Assembly (NCBI RefSeq): GCF_051954495.1
Contig: NZ_JBQCHR010000082.1
Location: 5,874-69,873 of the forward strand
Length of the DNA stretch: 64,000 bases
Reading direction: 5' to 3'
Origin: Trinickia sp.
GTDB taxonomy: Bacteria; Pseudomonadota; Gammaproteobacteria; Burkholderiales; Burkholderiaceae
Shown here: one piece after another, positions 9,253 to 19,166 of the stretch
Layout: each line of letters begins with the position of its first letter
Position numbering within the stretch: the stretch's first letter is position 1
Position numbers and translations under genes: made by a program
Notes under the pieces: model-generated
The model's database searches: none
What the model saw: the letters and a program-made list of their open reading frames with translations, nothing else
What the model was told of the DNA's origin: nothing

Positions 9253-10692
9253 TCATGCACGCTGCGAGACGACGAGATAGGCGAGATGCATAGGCGCGCC
9301 GCGCCCTCCACCATTGACCGCTTCCGGAACGCGAAACGCGATCGAGAGCCCATCCGGGCTCGAGCGAGCCGAGATCGCGCTTGCATCGGCGCTCTCGCCC
9401 GTCAATGCATCGATCATCGCCACACCCAAGCGTTCCGGCTGTACGCCGGTTAAACCGCTGACCGTCACTGTCCGCGGCCCTGGACTCGCCCGCACTTGCA
9501 GAACAAGATCCGAGCCCGCACGCAATGCCATGCCGGATGCGTTCGGGCCAAATGCCAAATGTCCATCGAAACGCGAGAGCGCGCCGCCCACAGTTTTGTT
9601 GAGCACGATCAGCGACTTGCCCGACACGTTGTACGTGCGAGGGTTGCCGCGATGAGTCAAGCGATACGGTTCGACGCCGTCCCAGTGATAAACCATCGAT
9701 ACGTACTTGTTCGGATCGTCCCATCCGTGCGCCAGCGCCCACGTTGCAAACTTGAAGAAATACATCGGCAGATAGTGCGGATCGTTCATGTATCGATCGC
9801 CGATCTCCGTCTGCCAGATTCCGCGCGCGGCGCCAGTCGCCACATAGCGCTCGTAAAGCGGCGTCAACGCGTCGACGCCTAGGTAGTGCGTGTCGAGGTA
9901 ATCGACCCAATCGATCATCCTTGCGTTGACGACGGGGCTGCGATATTCGAGCCATTTCATGAAGGTCTCGATTCCGCCCTGATCGGGCCAGCCTCCGTAC
10001 ACCACATAGCCGCCGTACTTGCGCACGATGCGTGCCGCGGGGACATGGACGAGCTCGACGTAGTCCTGCATGGCCCGATCGTAGGGTCGTGCCTGCTCGC
10101 GGTGGACGTTGTAGTTTTGACCATGCCAAAACGTCGCTTGCGGGGAGCCCCCGGTCAAGCGGCCCGCCGCCTCGTTCCAAATCTGGAAATGACGGACGTT
10201 GTACGGCGGCGCGACGTAGGTGCGCACGACGGCCTCGACGTACCGTTGCCACACCGTGTCGTCCTTCGGCGCCGAACGCGAATCGCCGTCGACCGTCGCA
10301 TTCCATTTGGGCGTATAGCCCAGCAGCAGCAACGAGTGAATGCCGTTCTGATTGTTCGCCAAAATGGCGGGCGCCAAGTCGTGGTCGAACGCGGCGCCGG
10401 TCTTGTCTACCCGGATCGGCTCGTCGGGCGAATTGCGCTGGCCGGGGCCGACCGAATCGCGGCCCCACGTGATGCCCATCTCTTTCCACATGGCGATGTT
10501 CGCCGGCGTCACAGGCCAACCGTTCGCGCCGATCAGTTGCGTCATCCGCCTTTCTCCGCCCGAGCCGCCCGATACGCTCACCTTGCGCGCGGCTTGCGCG
10601 ACCGAAGCACCGACACTCGAACTCACGCCGGCAGCGGCGATCGCGGCCAGCATGGCGCGCCGCCGTTCCGAAAATTCGAAGCGATCCGTCAT
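9253..10692 (-). CDS. Tat-exported clan GH-A glycoside hydrolase (GH39/GH5-like)
   Basis: RRRAML twin-arginine leader; FQIWNE acid/base and IWQTEIG nucleophile motifs. Confidence 0.75.
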   Translation of the reverse strand: MTDRFEFSERRRAMLAAIAAAGVSSSVGASVAQAARKVSVSGGSGGERRMTQLIGANGWPVTPANIAMWKEMGITWGRDSVGPGQRNSPDEPIRVDKTGAAFDHDLAPAILANNQNGIHSLLLLGYTPKWNATVDGDSRSAPKDDTVWQRYVEAVVRTYVAPPYNVRHFQIWNEAAGRLTGGSPQATFWHGQNYNVHREQARPYDRAMQDYVELVHVPAARIVRKYGGYVVYGGWPDQGGIETFMKWLEYRSPVVNARMIDWVDYLDTHYLGVDALTPLYERYVATGAARGIWQTEIGDRYMNDPHYLPMYFFKFATWALAHGWDDPNKYVSMVYHWDGVEPYRLTHRGNPRTYNVSGKSLIVLNKTVGGALSRFDGHLAFGPNASGMALRAGSDLVLQVRASPGPRTVTVSGLTGVQPERLGVAMIDALTGESADASAISARSSPDGLSIAFRVPEAVNGGGRGAPMHLAYLVVSQRA

Positions 10693-10719
10693 GCGCCGAA
10701 CCCCTTTTTGGCGAACGCG

Positions 10720-11853
10720 CTACGCGGCCGAACGAACGGCAATCGCAGGTTCCGTTTCATACGTCTCCCCTCTCAAAATCTTCATCAATTCGCGTGCAGC
10801 CCGGTCCCAACCATACTCATGCGCGTGCCGCAGGCCTTTCTCCTTGTACTGCGCGCGGAGCGCATCGTCGGTCAGCATCTGTTCGATCTTGCCCGCGATG
10901 TCGTCGACCGAGCGCGCGTCGCAGTACATGGCTGCGTCCCCGCAGGCCTCGGCTACCGCCGGGTGTGTGGAGACGATCGCGGGACAACCGCAGAACATCG
11001 CTTCAAGCGGCGGCAGCCCGAATCCTTCGTACAACGAAGGAAACGCGAGGCAAGCGGCGTGCTCGTAGAGCGCCTTCAGTTCGGCATCCGACACATACCC
11101 GGCGCGCACGATCTGCGGGTTGGTCTCGTTCGTCGAACCTTCCCCAGGCGTTTGCGACGCCGCGCCGCGAGCGAATACCCGAGCGTTCGCACCGCCGACG
11201 ACGACGAACTTCACCTCGCGCAGATGTCCGAGTTGCGCCACCGCCTCGAGCACGCGCTGCAAGTTCTTGCGCGGGTCCAGACTGCCGACGATCACGCAAT
11301 ACTTGACGTTCGTCAGCGACAACCGCTCGACGATCGACCGGTCCGACGGAATGCGCCGGAAATGATCGGCGCCCGGGCGCACGACGCGCACGCGCGATTC
11401 CTCGGCCCCGAGCAGCGCACAAATGCGCGCCTTGGAAAACGCCGATACGGTCAACAAGATCGGCGCGCGCCGGATGAGCATCGCGAACTTGACGCGATAC
11501 CAGGTGCGAAACAGCCAAGAGAATGTGTGGGGCGTATCGTAGACCGCCATGTCGTGAACCATCACGACATGACGTCGCTTGAAGATGGGGCCGCTGTTGC
11601 ACAGGCTCAGCAGCAGTTCGCCGCGCGTGGCGAGCGGCAAGGCGATCTGCTCCCACAAATCGCCCTTGAGCCAAGGCACTTGCCGTTGCCGATCGATCGG
11701 CGAGGCCGACTCGATCGCGTTGCCGGGTACGGCTATTTCGATATCGTCCCCTGCTGCGTGGGCTGATCGGACGGCGCGCATCAGTTCGTAAGCCACGCGC
11801 TGGACACCGGTCAGGCGCTGCGCCGTGAACTTACCATTGACGACGAGATGCAT
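10720..11853 (-). CDS. GT4 glycosyltransferase (mannosyltransferase-like)
   Basis: Start MHLVVNGKF...TGVQRVAYE at 11853; PRKN and FPSLYEGFGLPPLEAM motifs. Confidence 0.9.
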   Translation of the reverse strand: MHLVVNGKFTAQRLTGVQRVAYELMRAVRSAHAAGDDIEIAVPGNAIESASPIDRQRQVPWLKGDLWEQIALPLATRGELLLSLCNSGPIFKRRHVVMVHDMAVYDTPHTFSWLFRTWYRVKFAMLIRRAPILLTVSAFSKARICALLGAEESRVRVVRPGADHFRRIPSDRSIVERLSLTNVKYCVIVGSLDPRKNLQRVLEAVAQLGHLREVKFVVVGGANARVFARGAASQTPGEGSTNETNPQIVRAGYVSDAELKALYEHAACLAFPSLYEGFGLPPLEAMFCGCPAIVSTHPAVAEACGDAAMYCDARSVDDIAGKIEQMLTDDALRAQYKEKGLRHAHEYGWDRAARELMKILRGETYETEPAIAVRSAA

Positions 11854-11908
11854 AGTTCTCCCGAATAAACGAAACGACGCGGCCGCGCACGCACGCGGCC
11901 TCTCTCGG

Positions 11909-14230
11909 TCAGGCTGTCGCGTCGAACATCGGCTCCATGTCGTCGCCCGATCCGTAGTACCCGTAGTAGCGATGGCTTCGCGAAAGCGGGATGGCGTTGA
12001 ACACCGCGCCCGTGACGCGCGCTTCGGATCGTTCGAGCTTGCGCACCGTCTCGGCAATTTCCTCTTCGCTTTGCATACCCGAGCGCAGCACGAGCACCGT
12101 CGCACCCGCGTCGCCCGCGATGATCGCCGCATCGGTCACGACCAGGAACGGCGGAGTATCGACGATGACGAGGTCGTACTCGTGCGAGAACCGCTGCAGG
12201 AGCTCGCGGAAGTTGTGACGCATGAGCATCGCCGCCGGGTTCGTGATGCGGCTGCCGCACGAGAGCAGCGTCAGCCCTTCCACGCTGGTACGGCGCAGCG
12301 CCTCGTGCGGCTGCATCGCGCCCTTGAGCACTTCCGACAAACCGCCGCGGTTCGGCTGGCCGAAGAAATACGCGAGGTGGCCGTTGCGCATGTCCGCGTC
12401 GATCAACAGAACGCGCGAACCGACTTCGGCGTGCAACACCGCCATGTTGGCCGCGACGAAGCTCTTGCCGGCCGCCGGCGTCGGGCCCGCCATCATGACG
12501 ATGTTGTTGGGCGCATGAGCCAGGTCGAGCGACAGCGCGGTGCGCACGCTGCGCAATGCCTCGATCGACGGATCGTCGGGGTAGCGGTCCGCAAGCACCT
12601 TCGACACCCCGCCGCCCGTGGCGGCCACGCGACCGTCCACCGCGACCGCGCTTTGCGGACGCGCCGGCAACCCCGGCGTCGAACTGCGCGAGGCCAGCGA
12701 GCGGCGTTGCAACGCCCCGATTTCCTGATTCAAACGCGCTTGCTGCTGACTGTAGAGCACCTCGCCCATCAACGGCACGCCAAGACGCGCTTCGACGAAC
12801 AGGGGATCGGTCACGCCCCTCAGCACGTGGCGGCGCACGAACACCGAGCCCACGCCGAGCAGCAGGCCGAGGAAGGCGCCGCCTGGCAGGATCAGCAGCG
12901 GTTCAGGCTTGACCGGACGGAACGGCACCACCGCGGCGTCGAGGATGTGCGCGCCGCCCGTCGTGCTCGCGCGGCGCACCGACAGCTCTTCGGCCTTTTG
13001 CATCATGCCGAGATAGACTTGCTCCGCCACCTTCGCATCGCGCGTCAGGTCGACGTTCTTGCGCTCCGATGCCGGCATGGCGTTGAAGCGCGAATTGAAC
13101 TCGCTCTTTTGCGCTTGCAATTGACGCAACTGATCGTCGATATTGCGCACCCACCGGCTGTCGGGTGTGTAGCGATCGAGCAATTGCGTGCGCTGGATCT
13201 GCAGATCGGCAATGCGGCGATCGAAGTCGATTCCGCCTTGCAAGTAGGCTTGCGCCTCGCTCGTCGGCTGCATCGACTGAGCCGTCGTTTGATAGGACGA
13301 CAGCGCTTGCTCGGCCTTCTCGAGTTCGGTGTGCAGGCGCGGCAGTTCCTTGTTGATGAACGCGAGCGTCGCATTGTCGTTTTGCTGCTTGGCGGCCACG
13401 GACGTCGTCATGTACTGCTGCGAGATCGCGTTGGCCACTTCGGCCGCCTTTTCCGGCGACGAATTGGAATACGTAATGTCGACGAGGCCCGTATCCTTGA
13501 CCTTGTCGCTCACCTTCAAATCGTCGCTAAAGCGCTTGATCGCATCGAGCATGGCCCAGTGCTTGACTTCGAACTCCGTGCCGGGGCGCGCCGCGAGCTG
13601 CGTCACGAGCATCGTCACGCCGTTGCTCGAATGCGCCACCTCGCCCACCTTGCCGGTCAGAATCGATTCGCCGCTCGGGCCGCGCAACTCGTAGCGCCCG
13701 CCTTCGAGCGCCGTCAGTTTCAGCTTGCGCTCCTCCAACGTAGGCGGCACGTCGAGCTGGCCAATATGCATCTGCTCGCCGCCCCAGGCGTAAGAGCTCA
13801 TGCCGAACCAGGCGCCCGACGGCTGTCCGGGCTTGGCGAACTTCTGCGCGAGGTTGCCGATGATCGGGAGTGTCTTCGGCTTGATCGTGACGTCGAACCG
13901 ATAGCGGTTGATGATCGGCTCCAGGACCGCCCGGCTCTGCATCACGGCCATTTCCGTCGACGGCGACGGCGCGGGCGGCGCGTACTGCGGCCCTGTGGAC
14001 GAGATACCGAGTGCGTTCGGCTCGGGGGGGTCCACCCGCATGACCACGTCCGCCTCGTAGATCGGGGTGGCGAGGAACACGTACGCCAGCGCGAGCGCGG
14101 TCACGGCCAGCGCTACGCCGAGCACCTCGAAGATGTGATCGCGCAACAGCTTGAGCATGTCGCGCCCCGACAGTTGGCCACGTTCGCCGCCTGTCTGCAC
14201 GTAGAGAGAGTTGAGAGCCAAGTCGTTCAC
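11909..14230 (-). CDS. wzc: Wzc tyrosine autokinase / chain-length regulator
   Basis: Wzz-like N-terminus, Walker A GPTPAAGKS, LIDADMR, DTPP and a C-terminal YYGYY cluster. Confidence 0.92.
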   Translation of the reverse strand: MNDLALNSLYVQTGGERGQLSGRDMLKLLRDHIFEVLGVALAVTALALAYVFLATPIYEADVVMRVDPPEPNALGISSTGPQYAPPAPSPSTEMAVMQSRAVLEPIINRYRFDVTIKPKTLPIIGNLAQKFAKPGQPSGAWFGMSSYAWGGEQMHIGQLDVPPTLEERKLKLTALEGGRYELRGPSGESILTGKVGEVAHSSNGVTMLVTQLAARPGTEFEVKHWAMLDAIKRFSDDLKVSDKVKDTGLVDITYSNSSPEKAAEVANAISQQYMTTSVAAKQQNDNATLAFINKELPRLHTELEKAEQALSSYQTTAQSMQPTSEAQAYLQGGIDFDRRIADLQIQRTQLLDRYTPDSRWVRNIDDQLRQLQAQKSEFNSRFNAMPASERKNVDLTRDAKVAEQVYLGMMQKAEELSVRRASTTGGAHILDAAVVPFRPVKPEPLLILPGGAFLGLLLGVGSVFVRRHVLRGVTDPLFVEARLGVPLMGEVLYSQQQARLNQEIGALQRRSLASRSSTPGLPARPQSAVAVDGRVAATGGGVSKVLADRYPDDPSIEALRSVRTALSLDLAHAPNNIVMMAGPTPAAGKSFVAANMAVLHAEVGSRVLLIDADMRNGHLAYFFGQPNRGGLSEVLKGAMQPHEALRRTSVEGLTLLSCGSRITNPAAMLMRHNFRELLQRFSHEYDLVIVDTPPFLVVTDAAIIAGDAGATVLVLRSGMQSEEEIAETVRKLERSEARVTGAVFNAIPLSRSHRYYGYYGSGDDMEPMFDATA

Positions 14231-14276
14231 TGGCGTGGTCCTCGAAAAGGTAGCGTTGTGTGGATCGCGTCCGTCT

Positions 14277-14447
14277 TCATTGCGCTTTTTGTTGCGTACT
14301 GCTCTGCCGTTCGCGGATCGCGTCTTCCAGCATTTCGAGCAGCAGCTTTAGATCGGAAACGAGGATGGCGCAGGACTTCAGTCCCAACACTTCCGCGGTC
14401 CCGATCGAATTTCGGACATGCTCCAGCGCAGCGTCATAAACGTTCAT
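14277..14447 (-). CDS. Small hypothetical protein (56 aa)
   Basis: Manual translation MNVYDAALEHVRNSIGTAEVLGLKSCAILVSDLKLLLEMLEDAIRERQSSTQQKAQ. It is co-oriented between manC and wzc; the RBS is weak. Confidence 0.45.
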   Translation of the reverse strand: MNVYDAALEHVRNSIGTAEVLGLKSCAILVSDLKLLLEMLEDAIRERQSSTQQKAQ

Positions 14448-14534
14448 GGATCGAGATCAAAAACGGTTGCCACGTATGCTCCGCCGGAAAACGCGCCGCG
14501 GCCGCCCGCAAGACATCGCTCGCGGCCGCGCACT

Positions 14535-16070
14535 TCAGTTCGCGCGTCCGTAGACATCCTCGAAGCGGACGATGTCGTCCTCGCCGAGGTAGGCGCCCGA
14601 CTGAACTTCGATCAGTTCGAGCGGTACCTTTCCCGGGTTTTCGAGCCGATGCTTGACGCCGAGCGGAATGTACGTCGATTGATTTTCTCCGAGCAGGAAC
14701 TGCTCTTCGCCGCGCGTGACGAGCGCCGTCCCGCGAACGACGATCCAATGCTCGGCGCGATGGTGGTGAAGCTGAAGCGACAGCTGCGCGCCCGCGTCCA
14801 CCACGATGTGCTTGACCTGGAAGCGCTCGCCCTTGTCGATCGAGTCGTAGCAGCCCCACGGGCGCTGCACCTTGCGGTGTGCGTCGACCTCGGGGCCTTG
14901 CTGATCGGCGATGCGTCCGACGATGCGCTTGACGTCTTGCACGCGCGAGCGATCGACGACGAGCACCGCATCGGCCGTTTCGACCACCACGAGGTCGGAC
15001 ACGCCGACGCACGTCACGAGCCGGCTCTCGGCGCGCACGTAGCACGTGCTCGCATCTTCCATCAGCACACGGCCGGAAGCCACATTGCCGTTCGCATCCT
15101 TGCCGAGCGCGTCCCAGACCGAGTCCCACGAACCGAGATCCGACCATGCCGCATCGAGCGGCACGACGACGCCTTCGACATCTCCGCCACGTGCGAGATT
15201 CTCCATCACGGCGTAGTCGATCGAATCGGACGGCACGTTCGCGAACATGTCTTCGTGCGGCGTAAAGCCCGTTGCGCTATCCTGACCCGCTTCGTACGCG
15301 GCCGCGCAGGCCGTATACGTATCGGGTTGCATCTGCTGCAAGGTCGAGAGCCACACGCTTGCACGCAGCACGAAAATCCCGCTGTTCCAGAAGTATTTGC
15401 CCGATGCCAAGTAGGAGCGGGCGACTTCGAGCGGCGGTTTTTCCACGAAGCGCGAGATCTTGCGTGCGGTGCCGTCGACATCGTCGCCCGGCTCGATATA
15501 GCCGTAGCCAGTTTCCGCGCGCGTGGGCCGAATGCCGAGGGTGACGATTGCGCCGCGCTCGGCGTGACGCGTGGCGACGGCCACGGCACGCTGAAACGCC
15601 GCCACGTCGCCGATCATATGATCGGCCGGCATCACGACGAGCACGGCGTCGCCTCCGTCCTCCAGCGCATGCATCGCGGCGAGCGACAGCGCCGGAGCCG
15701 TATTGCGTCCGCTCGGTTCGATGATGAACCGCGCACCGATACCGAGTTGCTCGAGCTGCTGCGCACTGATTGCGCGATGCTCGGAACCGCAGACGATGAT
15801 CGGCGCAGCGTCGATGTCGAGCTCGACGTCGGCCAACCGCTGCAGCCGTCGGACCGTCATCTGCAGCAGCGACCCCGCGCCCAGCACATCGACGAGCTGC
15901 TTGGGGAAATGCTTGCGCGAGAGCGGCCAAAGCCGCGTACCCGAGCCGCCCGCGAGCACGACGGCCCGCGTGCGCAGCGCCGACTGCGGCGCCAATGTAT
16001 GCGGCGCACGTAGATGCGTCGCGACTCCGACCGCGCGCGGTCGCTCCCTCGTTTCAACAGGAGTACTCAT
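14535..16070 (-). CDS. manC: Mannose-1-phosphate guanylyltransferase / mannose-6-phosphate isomerase
   Basis: LAGGSGTRLWPLSR, RFVEKP, WSDLGSW and a C-terminal cupin (RPWG...SLQLHHHRAEHW). Confidence 0.95.
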   Translation of the reverse strand: MSTPVETRERPRAVGVATHLRAPHTLAPQSALRTRAVVLAGGSGTRLWPLSRKHFPKQLVDVLGAGSLLQMTVRRLQRLADVELDIDAAPIIVCGSEHRAISAQQLEQLGIGARFIIEPSGRNTAPALSLAAMHALEDGGDAVLVVMPADHMIGDVAAFQRAVAVATRHAERGAIVTLGIRPTRAETGYGYIEPGDDVDGTARKISRFVEKPPLEVARSYLASGKYFWNSGIFVLRASVWLSTLQQMQPDTYTACAAAYEAGQDSATGFTPHEDMFANVPSDSIDYAVMENLARGGDVEGVVVPLDAAWSDLGSWDSVWDALGKDANGNVASGRVLMEDASTCYVRAESRLVTCVGVSDLVVVETADAVLVVDRSRVQDVKRIVGRIADQQGPEVDAHRKVQRPWGCYDSIDKGERFQVKHIVVDAGAQLSLQLHHHRAEHWIVVRGTALVTRGEEQFLLGENQSTYIPLGVKHRLENPGKVPLELIEVQSGAYLGEDDIVRFEDVYGRAN

Positions 16071-16537
16071 CTGCTTGTTCTCCTAGTGGGTCCGAAACCA
16101 TGAAGAGCGGCAAGAAGCGCAAAAACGAGCCCGCCACCGGCCGCTTCGGTTCATGTTGCTGTGAAGCATAGCGACACAACCGAAGGCGAAATCCCGAAGG
16201 TCGCAAAAGCCCGAGGTGTTGGCGGATTTCGTTGAAACAGGACAAACATTACGAACGGCCTAACGCTTAACATCGGTAAATGGCAGCCGGATGCAATTAT
16301 GCGAATCGACAATATTTCTGATTAATAGTCGATATTTTTTACCGACCCCGCCGGCACAAGGCCGTCAGCCCTGTCCCTTACTGCCGCAAGGGGGTGCACG
16401 AAAAAAATAGTCGTTTGTAAATTTTTATAACAAAAATATAAAAAATACTTCAGCGAATATCTTTCGAAGAGACGACGTGTCGCGCCAAATACACGGCGAT
16501 TTACGCCAGCTTTTTCTACAAAAATCGACATGGCATC

Positions 16538-17557
16538 ATGATGATTACGATGATGCACCGCAACACTCAATGTGTTCACCATGCGGAGGAAAGCTTCGTG
16601 GATCACGCCACTGTCTTTGCCACACCGCACGTCATGCGACGGGAGATGACCTCGCTCGCCGACGCGCGCCATATCGGGATCCTTATCTTCGACGGTCACT
16701 GCCTGTTCACGACAGGCGTGATCAGCGAGGTCTTTCAATTGGCCAACGCACTCATGCGCTTCTCGAGCGGCCAGCCCCCTTATCGGGTGTCGCTGCTCTC
16801 CAAGCTCGGCGGTCCGGTCACGAGTTCGTCGTCCATCGCCGTCATGACGCAACGGCTCGACGCGTATTCGGTAGGCGACTTTCATGCGTTATACGTCGCG
16901 AGCAACGACGTGCGCGTGACATCGGGCTTCGACGTTCAGCTCGCGCGCTGGCTCTCGGGCTCGGGCGCCCCTTTACACACCGGCGCGGACCGGCATGCGT
17001 CGCCGTTCGGCGTGGATGTCGGTGCGCGCCCGCGCCCGAGCGTGCCCGTCTTCTGGATCGGCTCGGGCTCGATGCCGGCCTGGGCGCTCAATCAAAAGGC
17101 CGCGCAGATGGCGCTGACCCAGATCGCGTCCGATCACGGCGAGGACATGTCGCTGAGGATCGCGAGCAGCCTGCCGCCCTCCGTGGGCGAGGTCGTCAAG
17201 ACACGTGTCGAAACGACGAGCCTGAATACGACCGTCGACAAGATTCACGAATCGACGCGTTGGATGCGCGAGAACTTCGGCAGCGACATTTCCGTATCGG
17301 ATGCCGCGGCAGTGGCCGCGATGAGCGTGCGCAATTATCTGCGCCGTTTCAAGAGCGAGTTCGGCGTCACGCCGCTCGAATATTTGATGCAGCTCAGGTT
17401 CGAAGCGATCTGCGCCATGCTCGTGGGCACCAAGCTGCCCGTCGACAAGATTGCGCGACGCTGCGGCATGGGCAACGGCGATCGCCTCGGCCGATTGTTC
17501 CGCAAGCGGTACGGCGTGTCGCCCACCGTGTATCGCAAACACGCGTTGAGCCAGTAG
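16538..17557 (+). CDS. GlxA-like AraC-family regulator
   Basis: N-terminal DJ-1-like segment and C-terminal double HTH (MSVRNYLRRFK...IARRCG...LFRKRYGVSP). Confidence 0.85.
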   Translation: MMITMMHRNTQCVHHAEESFVDHATVFATPHVMRREMTSLADARHIGILIFDGHCLFTTGVISEVFQLANALMRFSSGQPPYRVSLLSKLGGPVTSSSSIAVMTQRLDAYSVGDFHALYVASNDVRVTSGFDVQLARWLSGSGAPLHTGADRHASPFGVDVGARPRPSVPVFWIGSGSMPAWALNQKAAQMALTQIASDHGEDMSLRIASSLPPSVGEVVKTRVETTSLNTTVDKIHESTRWMRENFGSDISVSDAAAVAAMSVRNYLRRFKSEFGVTPLEYLMQLRFEAICAMLVGTKLPVDKIARRCGMGNGDRLGRLFRKRYGVSPTVYRKHALSQ

Positions 17558-17752
17558 CGCCGCGCATCCGATCGGATGCGCCCGGCTGCAGGCGAAACGC
17601 TTGACTGCTCGGGAAGAGAACGTATGCAGCTTTATTACCCTTCGCGTCGTCGATGACCTCGTCGCTGCGCGAGCCGCCTCGCGCGTGCGGGATGCCGTTC
17701 GCGGCGCCGCTTGGGCGTGGCGGACGAACGAACAACGATTGGGAGTGAAGAA

Positions 17753-19135
17753 ATGCGAGGACTACAAGATCTATGGGCGCGCGTATACGACGTCGGCATC
17801 ATCGCGCTCGGGGGCCTCATCGCATCGCAATTGCGGTTCGAAGATGTGGCCGACGGCCGGCTTTATTGGGCGTTCGTCGCTTTCTCGGCTACGTTGTCGC
17901 TGCTCGTGTTTCCGTCGTTCGGGGTGTACGAATCGTGGCGCGGACGCTCCAAGATCGCGCTCGTGAGGCAACTCGCCCTCGCCTGGGCCGTCGTGCAGGT
18001 GGGCGCGATGGCGCTGATGTTTTCGCTGCACATGGTCAACCTCGTTTCGCGCCTGTGGTTCGGCTACTGGACGATGCTTTCCGGCGCGGCGATGATCGCA
18101 GGTCGAATCTGGATGCATGCGCTTTTGGGCCGCATGCGCACCGCGGGCATGAACCTGCACCAGGTGGCGATCGCCGGTTGCGGCGGCCACTGCGATGAAT
18201 TGATCCGCAAGATCGAAACATCGCCGACGACAGGCTTTCGCGCTTCGGCAATCTACAACACGAAAGCTGGCGGCGCACCGATCGCGCACCCGGAAATTCC
18301 GGTGTTCGAAGACCATGTGGCGTTTGCCGCGTTCGTGCGCGAACACGAACTCGACGAAGTGTGGCTTGCGCTGCCGCTGAGCGAGGAATCGGCCATCATG
18401 ACGCTGTTCAACGAGTTCAGAAACGACCTCGTCAACATCCGATTCATGCCCGACGTGCGCACGCTTTCTCTGTTCGAAGGCAGCGTCACGAACCTGCTCG
18501 GGCTGCCGACGATCAACCTGATCGCCTCGCCCGTGCCGCCGAGCGCGCTGATCAAAAAGGATCTGTTCGACCGCTTGTTCGCAGCCGCCGCACTCTTGGC
18601 GCTGGCCCCGGTGATGATCGCGATCGCCATCGCCGTCAAGCTCAGTTCCGAAGGCCCGGTGTTCTTCAAGCAACGCCGCAAGGGCGTGGACGGCCGAGTC
18701 TTCACGATCTACAAGTTCCGCTCCATGCGCGTGCATCAGCCGAAAGCCGGCGTGATCGAACAGGCCAAGCGCGGCGATCCGCGCGTCACCCGCGTGGGCG
18801 CCTTCCTGCGGCGCACGAGCTTGGACGAACTTCCGCAGTTCATCAACGTGCTGCGCGGCGAGATGTCGGTCGTAGGCCCGCGTCCGCACGCGATCGAGCA
18901 CGACAACCTTTATCAGCCGATCGTTCAGGGCTACATCCATCGCTACCGCATCAAGCCGGGCATCACGGGCTGGGCGCAAGTCAACGGCTTTCGCGGAGAG
19001 ACGGAGCGCGTGGAAAAGATGGAGCAGCGCGTTGCCCACGATCTTTATTACCTACGCAACTGGTCGTTCCGGCTCGACATGCGGATCATCCTCGCGACGA
19101 TCTTCAAGGGCCTGCGCCATACCAATGCGTATTGA
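17753..19135 (+). CDS. Undecaprenyl-phosphate glucose phosphotransferase (WcaJ/BceB/GumD-like)
   Basis: [28 protein letters not shown] and [12 protein letters not shown] motifs. Confidence 0.92.
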   Translation: MRGLQDLWARVYDVGIIALGGLIASQLRFEDVADGRLYWAFVAFSATLSLLVFPSFGVYESWRGRSKIALVRQLALAWAVVQVGAMALMFSLHMVNLVSRLWFGYWTMLSGAAMIAGRIWMHALLGRMRTAGMNLHQVAIAGCGGHCDELIRKIETSPTTGFRASAIYNTKAGGAPIAHPEIPVFEDHVAFAAFVREHELDEVWLALPLSEESAIMTLFNEFRNDLVNIRFMPDVRTLSLFEGSVTNLLGLPTINLIASPVPPSALIKKDLFDRLFAAAALLALAPVMIAIAIAVKLSSEGPVFFKQRRKGVDGRVFTIYKFRSMRVHQPKAGVIEQAKRGDPRVTRVGAFLRRTSLDELPQFINVLRGEMSVVGPRPHAIEHDNLYQPIVQGYIHRYRIKPGITGWAQVNGFRGETERVEKMEQRVAHDLYYLRNWSFRLDMRIILATIFKGLRHTNAY

Positions 19136-19166
19136 AGCAATGCCTACCGAAGCACGGAGTCCGACA

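Noticed and set aside
11825-14656. 943-aa plus-strand ORF, and similar long ORFs (9886-11766, 14418-16013, 55050-56321)
   Set aside because: These are antisense shadows of well-supported genes in high-GC DNA, with Arg/Ala-rich composition and no motifs.
16145-16295. Possible c-di-GMP-I riboswitch (hairpin at 16145-16184; CGGCCTAA...ATGGCAGCCGG)
   Set aside because: The P1 elements (GGCAAA...GAAA...GACGCAAAG) are not correctly placed and the lower P2 stem does not pair. An Infernal search with RF01051 would be decisive.
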